This document shows, in pieces, positions 10,016-20,620 of a stretch of 64,000 nt of DNA. Each line of letters opens with the position of its first letter. The stretch's first letter is position 1. A program made the position numbers and the translations under genes. The notes under the pieces are model-generated. The model saw only the letters and a program-made list of their open reading frames with translations. It was not told the DNA's origin and searched no databases. The DNA lies in assembly GCA_963728565.1 (NCBI GenBank), contig CAVSLC010000009.1, positions 71,111-135,110 on the forward strand, given 5' to 3'. The DNA comes from an uncultured delta proteobacterium. GTDB taxonomy: Bacteria > Desulfobacterota > Binatia > UBA9968.

Positions 10016-10801
10016 ATGCAGCATTTAGCCAAGATTCCTTTCCCGGAAGTCGAACGTCTTGCTCGGGCCGGCAAAGCGCTGGTTATCCTGCCGGTGGGCG
10101 TAGTTGAAGAACATGGAGCGCACTTGCCGTTGGGAGTGGATTCCTTTGCCGCCGAAGCTTACGCCACCGCGACGGCACCGCACCTCGAGGAGCAAGGCTA
10201 CGAGGTCATCGTGGCGCCGACCATCAATTATGGCGTGGCGCATCAAGCTTTGAATTTTGCCGGAACGCTGACGTTGCAACCGGAAACCCTCAAGTCTCTA
10301 GTTGTCGATATTGGGCGCTCCCTGGCGAAGCATGGATTCAATCGCCTGGTGATTCTCAATGGCCATCGCGATCTGGATCATATGAAAACTTTGGAGGCGG
10401 CCCGCAGTGTTCTTGTCGATGAGAAAATCTCGCAGGTTCTTTGTACTGGTTTTACCAGCGATCCGGCGGTAACGGCGGCTTGCTATCGGGAAGGGGTTAA
10501 GCAGTTTTACCGCAGTCCGAGGCCCGATCGCGAAGGGCACGGCGGCGAATCGGAGACCTCAGTCGCGCTGCATTGTTTTCCCGACTTGGTAAGAAAAGAA
10601 TTGATCGAGCAGCTTGAGCCGAACTTCGATTATGATGTCGAAGCATTTCGTAACGAGACCAAAGATTATGGCACTCTTAGCGGCGGCCGCGGCTATTTCG
10701 GTTGGCCGCGAGCAGCAAGCGCGGAGACCGGAAAACAACTGGTGTTGACTCGTGGCCACAATATCGCGCAGTTCATTCTGAACGCGTGGGGTGTTCTTTA
10801 G
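10016..10801 (+). CDS. Creatininase family amidohydrolase
   Basis: LPVG.VEEHG.HLPLGVD, LNGH, HGGESETS; GAGGT RBS. Confidence 0.92.
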   Translation: MQHLAKIPFPEVERLARAGKALVILPVGVVEEHGAHLPLGVDSFAAEAYATATAPHLEEQGYEVIVAPTINYGVAHQALNFAGTLTLQPETLKSLVVDIGRSLAKHGFNRLVILNGHRDLDHMKTLEAARSVLVDEKISQVLCTGFTSDPAVTAACYREGVKQFYRSPRPDREGHGGESETSVALHCFPDLVRKELIEQLEPNFDYDVEAFRNETKDYGTLSGGRGYFGWPRAASAETGKQLVLTRGHNIAQFILNAWGVL

Positions 10802-10990
10802 AAACATCGAAGAGCCCATCAGAGCCGGCTATTACGCCATGCACCACAGGTTCTTTATCGACGAAATCGACGAGCGCACTAGTCGGTTTGAAGATGGCGG
10901 CGTAGTGAAAATTCCCGGTGAGAAAAATCCACCGGATATCTTGCCATGACTATTTTGCCGGAACGCCGATGTACGTCAGATTAAGGCGCC

Positions 10991-12390
10991 TTATGGAAGG
11001 CGAGGGGCGTTCGAAGCCAGCGGAGCGGCGCCAGCGTCGTTTGAAACGATGATGAGTTCTTGTCCAGGACGGAGGCGCGCGCTCTTGAGGCTGTTCTCTT
11101 TCACTAGTTGCTTAGGCGTCACATTGTATTTTTTTGCGATGCGCGCGAGTAACTCACCCTTTTTCACTCTATGAAGACTCACTTTGATTTTATCCGAACC
11201 CGCCAACTGTTCGTAGCCAGCTAGAAAATCTGCCTGGCTTCCCACCGGCAGTCGAAGAGTGAAGCCGCCCTCCGTGGGCGGTGTGAAATCGCGGAGCAAA
11301 GCCGGATTGAGTTCTTTGATAATATCCACCTCGGTGTTCGCAAGACGCGCGACGGTTTCGAGTCTCAATGGCTGATTGACGATCACTTCGTCATACTCCA
11401 TGGGCGCTTCATAGGAGATCTCTTCGAAACCATATCGCTCAGGTTGCCGCGCGATGAGAGCGGCGGCGACGAACTTGGGCACATAATCGCGTGTTTCGAG
11501 CTTTAAATGTTTTCGCTCCTGCCGCAAGAGCCAGTAATCATTTGTCTTGGAACGTTGCAGGGCCGTTCCAACCCTGCCTTCTCCTGCGTTGTATGCTGCT
11601 GCCGCCAAAAACCATTCGCCGAACTTTTCATGCAGATCTTTGAGGTAGGCCGCGGCAGCGCGCGTAGAGAGCACGGGATCACGGCGCTCATCTAACCAGG
11701 AGTTTATCGTCAGGCCATACTGAAGCGCGGTGGCTCGCATGAACTGCCAGGGGCCTAAGGCATGGGCTCGTGAGTAGGGCATGAGTGGAAAAGCCGCTTT
11801 CGATTAAGGCGAGATAGACAAGATTGTCGGGGAGGCCTTCACTTCGCAGAATCTCCGCCATCATTGAGCGGTACTTGCCCGAACGTGTCAAAGCGCGCTC
11901 GAAAAAATCTCTCATGCGGCCGCAAAACCCCTCAACGTAGAAGCGAACTCGATGGTGTGATTCAACGGCTGGGGAAATCTGAATAATGCGTTGATCGGGC
12001 GGTTGCTGCATCGCTCGATCCATGTCGCTGCGCCACAATTCAATCAAGTCATCGTCGGAGGCGGCATTTGGCTGTTCGATGAGTGCTGCGGATTTCGTCT
12101 GCAGCTTTGTGCTGCTCTTTGAGATTTGACGTTTTTTTCTAAAGTTTTCGGTGACAACCCGGCCGAACTGAATTCATTATTCTGCGCTAAAGTTTTCTCT
12201 TTCGCTTGAATCGTCGGTGCGCGTCGCGATTTCACTTTCGATAACCGCAGTAGTATTGATCGTCGCGGGCGAATGCGACGCCTGTTTCATTGCGGCCGGT
12301 TGGATCATTAGGAAGTGGATGTGGCAGCGAGCAGCCCAGCAGGGCCGCCGCGAGCCAACAGTAGACAAAGGTGCGAAGCAGTGAAAGCAT
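10991..12390 (-). pseudogene. mltD: MltD-like membrane-bound lytic transglycosylase (SLT + LysM), frameshifted in this sequence
   Basis: Lipoprotein signal (LLGC) from ATG 12390; GLPDNLVYLALIESGF / AYSRAHALGPWQFM / DERRDP / AAAYNAGEG / ETRDYVPK and a C-terminal LysM, split across 3-4 frames (for example an extra C near 11778). Confidence 0.8.
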
Positions 12391-12474
12391 GATTCTCGAT
12401 CCAGAAGCAATCCGATTCGGCAATCGCTGGCTTTGCCATCGGCATTCAAGCGGGCTGGCCGCGAGCGCATGTAG

Positions 12475-12490
12475 GGCAAGCTTCATGCCA
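12475..12490 (-). promoter_or_regulatory. Sigma-54 -24/-12 promoter upstream of the mltD-like gene
   Basis: TGGCATGAAGCTTGCC on the minus strand (GG-N10-GC, TGGCA...TTGC). Confidence 0.65.
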
Positions 12491-12830
12491 GACGAGCCAA
12501 ACGGCTCTTTTCAAATAACTTTCAGGTTCCACAGACAAAGGCATCGGCCTCGCTCGGCTAACAAAAAAAGCCGGAGGGGACAAATTTGGCGGCTTGTAAA
12601 ATGAGACTAATTGACTCCGTAGATCGGAGTTCTCTTCCAATTTCGGGCTTAAAAAGAATCGCGATGATTGGGCTCGACAATGCTTGGCCGAAGACAATTC
12701 TCGATACTTTATCGACAGGATTCAGTTGCCGAACAAGTGCGGTCGCTTTTCAGTGTCGCCTAGTCACATATTGTTCGCAACGCACGTTCAGCACGACGTG
12801 AGTTTACCGGTGCGGCCTTACGATCTCTGC

Positions 12831-13739
12831 TCATCGTACCCGGGCCGGTGCGAGACCGACGCTTGTCAGCCACTTCACCGTCTCTTGTGTTACCGTTAGC
12901 TCATTGTTCACGAACAGATGAGCCTGGAAAGGGGAGTTGCCGGGGTGAGAAGGAATCACGACGATATCGGCTCTGCGGCAATTCACCGCACTTTCTTTGA
13001 TCCGGGCGGCGATGGTTTCCCGTCGGGTGATGCTACCTTTTCCCTGTATGTTGTCGGCACGATCATAAACAATCAGCAGCGGGACCTTGATATGCGCAAT
13101 CATCTGTTCCACCGCGGCTTTGCTGGTCTCGACGTCGCGGTAGCTGAGAAATGTTTTGGCAGAGGTGATGATCACTTTGCCTTCCCGGAATGGCAGAAGT
13201 TTAATCTCGTCGCCCTTGCCGCTTGCAACCAAGCTCCGGCACTCCGCAGCAAACTTCTCGTACAGATCGGCACCGAGCAGGGACTCCTTTGTGACGCTTG
13301 GAATATCGATGTGCGGGCCGTAAACGCCTAGGGCTTTAACCAAAGGACTGGGATTGTCTCCTTGATAATACTCGATGATCGGAGTGCCCAGGCTATGTCC
13401 GGCGAGAAAGATGTTCTCGAATCCGCGAGCTCGAGCAAAAGCGATGGCAGCATCAACTTCCTTCACCGCGACCTCGAATTCCGACGTTCGAAAGCTCTCT
13501 CCGGAGTGGACACCATTGTAAACGAGCGCCGCATAACCGGCCTCGGCGAGATAGCATCCGAGAAACATCGTCGGTCCGGAATACCAGTATGCTTCAACAC
13601 CGTGCACCAACACCACAGCAGTGCCGGGCTCATGGAAAAGCTTTGGATCGGGGGCGAATAAGCCTCCTTGCACAGTCCTGCCGCCACTTTGAAATTCAAT
13701 CAGCTCAAAGCTGACATCTTTTTTTGGCAGATAGCCCAT
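12831..13739 (-). CDS. Alpha/beta-hydrolase fold protein
   Basis: VLVHG, GHSLG nucleophile elbow, C-terminal His; GGAAGG RBS. Confidence 0.85.
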   Translation of the reverse strand: MGYLPKKDVSFELIEFQSGGRTVQGGLFAPDPKLFHEPGTAVVLVHGVEAYWYSGPTMFLGCYLAEAGYAALVYNGVHSGESFRTSEFEVAVKEVDAAIAFARARGFENIFLAGHSLGTPIIEYYQGDNPSPLVKALGVYGPHIDIPSVTKESLLGADLYEKFAAECRSLVASGKGDEIKLLPFREGKVIITSAKTFLSYRDVETSKAAVEQMIAHIKVPLLIVYDRADNIQGKGSITRRETIAARIKESAVNCRRADIVVIPSHPGNSPFQAHLFVNNELTVTQETVKWLTSVGLAPARVR

Positions 13740-14049
13740 GTGGTAAATTACCTTCCTTCTCTAAGCCAAGAGCGACATCATCGGAGCGCTTGAGCTCGCA
13801 GGCGGCAGCAAGCGCAAACTTTCAAAGTCAGATTAAGTCCTTTTCCCGTCGCACGCTTGTTACCATGATCAGAGCTACGGCGAAACTGCGAGCAAGCAGC
13901 GGTCCGACCGATCGATCTGTTCGTAGCGCATTTTTGCGGCAAGCATGTTTGCTGGATTGACAGAAAGCCCTTGCCGGCGATAGAAGCGGATTGACTCGAA
14001 TAGCAATCCGGTTAGTCAAGCTGGAGCAAAACGTAAAGGGAGGATCTCT

Positions 14050-14487
14050 ATGGGATTACTCAAAATCGAGGGAATTACGCACTGGTCGATTCCAGTTAAC
14101 GACCTGGACGAGTCGGAGAAATTTTACGGCGATCTCCTCGGGTTAAAACCGCTGGGGCGGCTCGGCAATTCCGGCATGTCCTGCTTCAATGTCGGCGATC
14201 AACATATTCTATTGTGCCAGCGCGCGGAGAACGTCGACAAATCCCATGTCGAGGAGGAGAACGTGCACCATTCTTTTACGGTGAGCCCCGAAACTCTCGA
14301 TCAGGCGTGCAAGTTATTTGCGGAAAAGAAGGTTGCCATCGATCGTCTGTATTATCGCGCGAAAGGTTATTTCCCGGGAAGGGAACTCTATTTCTTCGAT
14401 CCCAGCGGCAATCGTCTCGAGTTGCGCGATCCGACATGGAAGGCCGGCATGCCGGAACCTAGTTTCGAAGACCTCGTACGCTCGTAA
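14050..14487 (+). CDS. VOC/glyoxalase family protein
   Basis: GITHWSIPV.DL..SE.FY..LLG, YFFDPSGNRLEL; GGGAGG RBS. Confidence 0.92.
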   Translation: MGLLKIEGITHWSIPVNDLDESEKFYGDLLGLKPLGRLGNSGMSCFNVGDQHILLCQRAENVDKSHVEEENVHHSFTVSPETLDQACKLFAEKKVAIDRLYYRAKGYFPGRELYFFDPSGNRLELRDPTWKAGMPEPSFEDLVRS

Positions 14488-14496
14488 TCGCGGTTT

Positions 14497-14712
14497 GGTT
14501 CAAGCGAGTCAAACAGTTCAAGTCGTTCAAAACGTCAAGCGCGGACTCTCTTGATGAGAGTTTATTGGGCTTAAGAGTAGAGAGAAACTTTACAATCGAG
14601 CGGCGGAACCTGAACAGCGAAGAAAACAGGATGAGTGTCAATGTTGCCTCGGCAAGCGAGATAGAACTGGGCGAAAGTTCGGAACGGCTTAAACGATTGA
14701 ACCTTAACTCGG
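14497..14712. repeat. Degenerate GTTCAA / TTGAAC micro-repeat clusters between convergent genes
   Basis: ggttcaagcgagtcaaacagttcaagtcgttcaaaacgtcaa on the left; cggaacggcttaaacgattgaacc on the right. Confidence 0.6.
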
Positions 14713-14753
14713 CCAAATCGCTCAAGCCGGCTCTGAAGATGGTTGAGTTGTAG

Positions 14754-15590
14754 CTACTTGGTTTCCGGCACTCCCGGCAGTTTACTGTCTTTATCGTAGT
14801 ATTCCTGGCTAAACTCAGGTTTGCGTCTCTCGGTGAACGCCGCCGAACCTTCATCGTAGTCTTTGCTCTGGCGCAGGTGGGCGTAATATTCTCGGTGCAC
14901 TTCGAATCCTTTTTCGTAGCCCTGAATTTCGTAGAGCAGTCTATCTTCGATATACTCTGTCGTGTGGGCGGCGATCAGCCGGCCATTGCGGTTAATCGTC
15001 GTACACAACTCGACGCAATCATCGATGAGCTTGTCGGGATCGCAGATTTTCTGAACCAGTCCTAACCGGAACGCCGTGTCTGCATCGACCATTTGCCCGG
15101 TGAGCGCAAACCAGTAGGCCCAGCCCGTCGGTAGCTGGCAAACGTAACTCGGCCAGGCGGCCATGTGGGACCAGCGCACTTCGGAGCAACCGAACTTAGC
15201 GGCGGGTACGCAATAACGTATGTGACATGCCAGCGCCAGATTGAAACCGCCGCCAACGGCGAAGCCATTGATTGCGGCGATGATCGGCTTGTGCATCTGC
15301 AGCGCGCGCAAATTGCTGTACTGACGCGGGCCTGATCTTGGCCCGGTCATTTCACCCTTGGCAAACGCGAGATTCTCCTTCAGATCGCCGCCGACGCAAA
15401 ACGCGTCGGCCGTGCCGGTGAGTATGATCGACCAGACGTCATCATCGTCCTTGGCTTTATGCCACGCTTCATCGAGCGCCCAGTAGAGATCGCGGCTGAT
15501 AGAATTCTTCTTTTCCGGTCTGTTCAGACGAATAATCGCGATATGTGGATCGCGTTTATCATAAACAACAAGCGGTTGTGGTTCTGACAT
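14754..15590 (-). CDS. Enoyl-CoA hydratase/isomerase (crotonase) family protein
   Basis: LNRPEKKNS, AFCVGGDL, KPIIAAINGFAVGGG. Confidence 0.92.
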   Translation of the reverse strand: MSEPQPLVVYDKRDPHIAIIRLNRPEKKNSISRDLYWALDEAWHKAKDDDDVWSIILTGTADAFCVGGDLKENLAFAKGEMTGPRSGPRQYSNLRALQMHKPIIAAINGFAVGGGFNLALACHIRYCVPAAKFGCSEVRWSHMAAWPSYVCQLPTGWAYWFALTGQMVDADTAFRLGLVQKICDPDKLIDDCVELCTTINRNGRLIAAHTTEYIEDRLLYEIQGYEKGFEVHREYYAHLRQSKDYDEGSAAFTERRKPEFSQEYYDKDSKLPGVPETK

Positions 15591-15649
15591 GTGTCCTCCG
15601 TTGAGTAGTTCGATTTAGATAAACTCTGTTTATGTCTCTTGATCCGCGT

Positions 15650-16858
15650 TTAGTACAACACCTTCTCTTCGTCCAGCTTCTTGATCTCCTCGTCACTGAG
15701 ACCGAGGAGTTCGCGGGCAATTTCGTATGTGTGCTCGCCCATTAACGGCGCCAGCCCGCGTACTTTGCCTGGCGTCGACGATAGCCTGATCGGCACTCCT
15801 TCGGTGACGACATCGCCGGCTTCCGGCTCGGTCATATTCACCAGAAATCCGGTCGCGGCGTACTGTTTATCTCGTTTGAATTGATCTTCGACATCCTGAA
15901 CGACAGCCGCGCTTACGCCGATGCCCTGCAATTTCTCCATGACCTCGTACGGATCATGCTGTTTCGTCCAACTGCTAATCCAGTTGTCCAACTCTGCCTT
16001 ATGGCGCACCCGTTGCAGGTGGGTGGCAAATTTAGCATCGCGCCGGAGGCCGGATTTTTCCAGCAAACCCGCGAGGCGCTCCCACTCCTCATCGCTATAA
16101 ACTGAGATCACGCACCAACGGTCATTGCCGCTACATTGGTAGGGACCATACGGAGCGGCCACTAGACTGCGGTTACCGTGTGGTTGCGGCTCGCGTTGGT
16201 TAACCGAGTATTCCAGGTACTTGGGCCCGAGCAGCGATGCACCAATCTCTACCTGGGCGCTATCGATCCACTGCCCGCGGCCGGTTTTCTTGCGATGAAT
16301 TAGTGCCAGGACTACGGCGAATGCACCGGTGACTCCACCCATGAAATCGGGATGCTGCGTGCGCGGCTCGGCGGTGGCTGTTGTCGCACCGGGATAGTTC
16401 CACAGATAAGTCGTACCCATAGTGTTGCCGACATTGGGGCCATAGGTTAGATCAGCCGCATGGGGACCGGTGCAGCCCATGCCTTTGACGCGAATCAGAA
16501 TGCAGCACGGATTGATCTCCTTCAGTTGCGGCCAATCCAAGCCCCACTTTTCCAGGATGCCCAGGCCGAAGTTTTCCACCAGCACATCGGATTTCTTCAC
16601 CAATTCTTTAACCAACTCGCGACCCTTCGGCGTCTGCATGTTGACGGTGAAAGACTTTTTGCCGCGCTGGAGCTTCATGAAATCAGGCTTCTTGTTCCAC
16701 AGCTTTGGATCCTCACCGCGATGACCGTCACCGCGCAAGCGCGTTTCACAGCGAATCACTTCCGCGCCGAATTCGCATAATACCCGCGCGACCGTCGGAC
16801 CCGCCGCGCCCGTGGTTAGCTCGATAACCCGAATGCCTTCAAGGGGTAGCTTGGCCAT
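15650..16858 (-). CDS. Class III CoA-transferase (CaiB/BaiF), subunit retaining the catalytic Asp
   Basis: LEGIRVIEL, GAEVIRCE, RGKKS, DVLVENF, HPDFMGG, GRGQWID. Confidence 0.92.
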   Translation of the reverse strand: MAKLPLEGIRVIELTTGAAGPTVARVLCEFGAEVIRCETRLRGDGHRGEDPKLWNKKPDFMKLQRGKKSFTVNMQTPKGRELVKELVKKSDVLVENFGLGILEKWGLDWPQLKEINPCCILIRVKGMGCTGPHAADLTYGPNVGNTMGTTYLWNYPGATTATAEPRTQHPDFMGGVTGAFAVVLALIHRKKTGRGQWIDSAQVEIGASLLGPKYLEYSVNQREPQPHGNRSLVAAPYGPYQCSGNDRWCVISVYSDEEWERLAGLLEKSGLRRDAKFATHLQRVRHKAELDNWISSWTKQHDPYEVMEKLQGIGVSAAVVQDVEDQFKRDKQYAATGFLVNMTEPEAGDVVTEGVPIRLSSTPGKVRGLAPLMGEHTYEIARELLGLSDEEIKKLDEEKVLY

Positions 16859-17062
16859 AGAATCCTTCAATTAACATCTCCAGCAGAAATTGTCTGCGCA
16901 TCGACGTCATCGCGTCAAGAATATTTCACCATCAAGAGACTCGTGCATCAAAGCCGCAACCAAAAACAATTGACACGAAGATCACGACGGGCACGGATTC
17001 AGAGTTGTCCAACCAACCTTTTAGCACCTCGTGGCGGTGCTTGCCGGTGAAAACCTCGCGTA

Positions 17063-18274
17063 TCAAATAACGCCGCTGGCGCGGAGCGCCACAAGATCGT
17101 CGTTGCTCATGCCCAGCTCGCCGCAGTAGATTTCTTGGTTGTGCTGGCCGAGCAGCGGCGCGGTGCAGCCTACTTTGCCAGCCGATTCACTCAGTCTCGG
17201 CACTGGGCCGAAGTGCGCGTACTTGCCGATGATGGGATGCTCCATTTCGCGGAAGATCTGCCGTTCCTTGACTTGTTCGCTATTGATGAACTCCCCGGCT
17301 GTATTGATCGGAGTAACCGCGATCCGGCGCTTCTGGCCTTCCTCGTAGAGTTCCTCTTTGGTATGCCGGGCGCAAAATTCCGCGATCGCGCCCACCACCA
17401 CTTCCGGGTGTTGCCTGCGATAAGACATCTTCTCGAATTCCGGTCCGGAGATCGCAGGTGGGCGCCCCATCCAATCTACCAGCCGACGCCATTGTTCGAC
17501 CGGGATAATGAAAATGCGCGCGTAGCCGTTCTTTGTGGCGTAAGGATCGTAGAGGTCGGTTTCTTCGCCTTTGCGTGAAGCGCGCGCGGGTTTCGCGCCG
17601 GTGTAACCGTAATTGGGAATGAAATAGCCGGCGATATGGCCGGAACATTCGTGCATCGATACATCGATGTGCTGGCCGCGGCCGCTCTCCAACCGATGAT
17701 AGAGCGCGGTGGCAATGCCGAATGCACCATAGGTGGATGCCATGCCATAAGCGATTTCGCCCGGCGGTTGCAGCGGCGGCTCCCCGGGTTCGCCTGCCAG
17801 ATACAACAAATTGCCCAGAGCTAATCCGGCTATGTCGTCCGCCTTGTAGTCGCGCCAAGGGCCGGACTGGCCGAAGGGAGTGATCGAGGCGACGATCAAT
17901 CCGGGGTTGCTTGCGGTAAGATCCTGGTATGTAAGGCGCAGCTCTTTGGCATGCGAGGGACGAAAGGTTTCAATCACGACATCGGCTTTGGCGGCTAACT
18001 CCAGCAGGATCGCGCGGCCATCGGCCTTCTCAATGTCAAGTGTGATGCCCCGCTTATTGGTATTGAAGTGCAGAAAATAAAGACTCTTCTCCGGATGCGG
18101 CGAATCATCTTTGAATGGTGGAACGCGCCGTGACTGATCGCCCGAGGGTGGCTCGATTTTGATGACGTCGGCTCCCATGTCGGCCAAAAGTTTAGTGCAG
18201 TGGAGCGCCAAGGGTCCGCCGATGTCGAGAACTCGACAGCCCGCCAGCGGCGGTTGCTGATTAGATTCAATCAT
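17063..18274 (-). CDS. Class III CoA-transferase family subunit, apparently lacking the catalytic Asp
   Basis: LADMGADVIKIEPP.GD, NTNKRGITLD, SITPFGQSGP; the Asp region reads PGEIAYGMAS. Confidence 0.9.
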   Translation of the reverse strand: MIESNQQPPLAGCRVLDIGGPLALHCTKLLADMGADVIKIEPPSGDQSRRVPPFKDDSPHPEKSLYFLHFNTNKRGITLDIEKADGRAILLELAAKADVVIETFRPSHAKELRLTYQDLTASNPGLIVASITPFGQSGPWRDYKADDIAGLALGNLLYLAGEPGEPPLQPPGEIAYGMASTYGAFGIATALYHRLESGRGQHIDVSMHECSGHIAGYFIPNYGYTGAKPARASRKGEETDLYDPYATKNGYARIFIIPVEQWRRLVDWMGRPPAISGPEFEKMSYRRQHPEVVVGAIAEFCARHTKEELYEEGQKRRIAVTPINTAGEFINSEQVKERQIFREMEHPIIGKYAHFGPVPRLSESAGKVGCTAPLLGQHNQEIYCGELGMSNDDLVALRASGVI

Positions 18275-18499
18275 GAAATTTTCCTAAAAAATTACGATGT
18301 GCGACAATCGCTACAGTTACTGCGGATGAGGGAACACTGTCAAGCAGCGCTGAGATTTTTTCCTGACTGATAATCGTTTAAGTGGTAGCGGCGTTAGCTA
18401 CATTGAGTGTTCGTTCAGTGTTTCGCGGGTAATTCCATTGACATAAAACCGCCACGGTGATAACCGGCAAGGCTAATCCTTTTCATCTGGAATCGCCCT

Positions 18500-19504
18500 A
18501 TGTTACGAGCAATCAGTCTTATTGTCCGATCTTTGATAGTCATTGGGCTGCTTTCAAGCGGCCAAGTGTTTGGCGCCACACGGCTTGAACCGTTAACAGT
18601 CGGTTATTCCAACATCACCGCGACCTACGCTCCCCTCTGGATCGCCGTCGAGGAACGTGTCGGGCTTAAGTATGGGTTGGACTTGAAGGCGATTTATGCC
18701 GGCCGGGTACGACCACAGCAGTTGCTCGCCACCGGTGATGTGCCGGTGGTCATTGCTTCCGGGACCGGCACTATGACCTCGCATATTGTCGGGGTCAGGG
18801 ACCAGGTGTTGGTCGCAACAATTACCAGTAAAATCGGCACATCGCTCTTTGCGAAGCCAGAGATTAAAAGTGTCGAAGAATTGAAAGGTAAGACGGTCGC
18901 GACCGGCCGCCCTGCGGCTTTTTTGGACGCAACGGTGAGATATGTGCTGCGCAGCAAGTTTGGGCTTATTCCGGATCGCGACGTGAAGTTATTGCCGACC
19001 GGCGAACCGTATCTCGGCCTGCAAGCGCTCGAACGCGGCATCGTCGATGGCGCGGCGATGTCCATTCCGCATTTGTTTATCGCGCGCAAAGCGGGCTTTA
19101 AAGAATTGGTAAGTTTCGACAAACTCGGCGTCGAGTATCCCTATACTAGCGTGGTGGTGTTGCGGCAAACGGCGGCCAAGAGCCCTGATCTGGTAGAGCG
19201 AGTTATCAAGTGCATCGTCGAAGGAATTCATATCTTCAAGACCGATAAAGCAAAGTCATTGGCGGCGTTGAGGCTCTATATGAAAGGTGCCGATGAAGCA
19301 ATTTTAGAGGAGTCCTATCAACACACTCGTGGTACCATCGATGACGCGCCTTACCCGTCTTTGCAAGTCGTCAAGGCAGGATTGGAGATGTTATCACTGC
19401 AATATCCGCAGGCGAAACAAACCGATGCGAGTCTGATTATCGAGCCGGCGTTTATGAAGCGCATCGAGGAGAGCGGCTTTGTTCGGGCGCTGGATAAGAG
19501 ATAA
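18500..19504 (+). CDS. ABC-type substrate-binding protein (NMT1/SsuA-like)
   Basis: Signal peptide, PLWIA.E...KYGLD, IKSVEELKGK.VA, GL.P.RDV. Confidence 0.88.
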   Translation: MLRAISLIVRSLIVIGLLSSGQVFGATRLEPLTVGYSNITATYAPLWIAVEERVGLKYGLDLKAIYAGRVRPQQLLATGDVPVVIASGTGTMTSHIVGVRDQVLVATITSKIGTSLFAKPEIKSVEELKGKTVATGRPAAFLDATVRYVLRSKFGLIPDRDVKLLPTGEPYLGLQALERGIVDGAAMSIPHLFIARKAGFKELVSFDKLGVEYPYTSVVVLRQTAAKSPDLVERVIKCIVEGIHIFKTDKAKSLAALRLYMKGADEAILEESYQHTRGTIDDAPYPSLQVVKAGLEMLSLQYPQAKQTDASLIIEPAFMKRIEESGFVRALDKR

Positions 19505-19579
19505 GTTATACTCCGCATTACGCCGGTTTCCTAAATTGCTCGCCATGTATTCGCGTCCATTCAGAAAGTGAGAACCGCC

Positions 19580-20620
19580 ATGCTCGATGGTAAATTGAGA
19601 ATTGCTCCTACTTGTTATCATATGTTGCATCAAGTTCCGGTGATGACGGCGCATGAGATGAATTTCTTCTACGACGAAGGCCTGATGACGCCGCATGGAA
19701 CCCTGGGGTACGAGATCTTAACCGAATCGATGGTGCCGTTCGGGCTTGAAAAGCTCGGCATCTCGCAAGCGATGAAGGAAAAATCCATCGACATCGCACT
19801 GGACGTTCAGTCGCGCACAGTTTTCTATCAACGGGCGCGCGGCGCCGATCTGTACATCTTGTGCGGCTGGCGCAACCAGCATACCAACGTGTGGATCGCG
19901 CCGCCGCATATCAGGACGCTACAAGAGTTGAAAGGCAAGCGGGTCGGGATCAGCGACTTCAATAGCATTCGCCACTGGGCAATCCAGATCCAGTTGAAGA
20001 AGGCCGGATTGGATCTGGAGCGCGATATCGAGTGGGTGAGGCTCGGCGTGAATTCGCGATTCCACGTTGATGCCATCCGCAATGGCAAAGTCGAATGCGC
20101 GCCGGTGCCGCCTTGGAGCGCCGAAGATCTCAAAAAAGAGGGCTGCAATGCGCTGGTTTCGCCGGCGGATCAGTATCCCAACGGGCGTCCCGAACGCATC
20201 ATCGCTGTCACCGGCCGAGTTCTCGAAGAGCGGCCAGACCTGGTCAAGAGTTTTCTGCGGGGAATTATCCGCAGCTACTGGTTTATTCGAGACATGCCGA
20301 AAAATTATGAATACGTAAATAATTTGGAAAAGCGGCTGCGGCTCAAGAGTGCGGATCCGGAAGAACGGATCGTGACGCATCTCCGAACTCCGCGGGATCT
20401 GGAAGCAATGCCGTTTCCCCTGAACGGCCGGGCGACAGGCTTCGAAGATATGCTCAAAGAAGAAGAACGGCTCGGCGAGCTGAATTACCAGGTTCCGCCG
20501 ATCCAAGAGGTGGCGGCGCAGGATCTGGTTGATGAGGCGTATGAAGAATTGCGCGGACGAAAAGAGCTCGCGGACGAGTATGAGCGAGTCAGTAAAGTCG
20601 AGCAGCGCTGGGGGTATTAA
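19580..20620 (+). CDS. NMT1/SsuA/THI5-like fold protein without a signal peptide
   Basis: IRTLQELKGKRVGISD, LKKAGLD.ERDIEWV; N-terminus is not hydrophobic. Confidence 0.8.
   Translation: MLDGKLRIAPTCYHMLHQVPVMTAHEMNFFYDEGLMTPHGTLGYEILTESMVPFGLEKLGISQAMKEKSIDIALDVQSRTVFYQRARGADLYILCGWRNQHTNVWIAPPHIRTLQELKGKRVGISDFNSIRHWAIQIQLKKAGLDLERDIEWVRLGVNSRFHVDAIRNGKVECAPVPPWSAEDLKKEGCNALVSPADQYPNGRPERIIAVTGRVLEERPDLVKSFLRGIIRSYWFIRDMPKNYEYVNNLEKRLRLKSADPEERIVTHLRTPRDLEAMPFPLNGRATGFEDMLKEEERLGELNYQVPPIQEVAAQDLVDEAYEELRGRKELADEYERVSKVEQRWGY

Noticed and set aside
11688-12486. Programmed frameshifting in mltD and other split genes
   Set aside because: No consistent slippery sites; multiple scattered indels fit error or decay better
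14497-14712. Possible CRISPR array
   Set aside because: Units are about 9 nt, degenerate, lack unique spacers, and no cas genes are present
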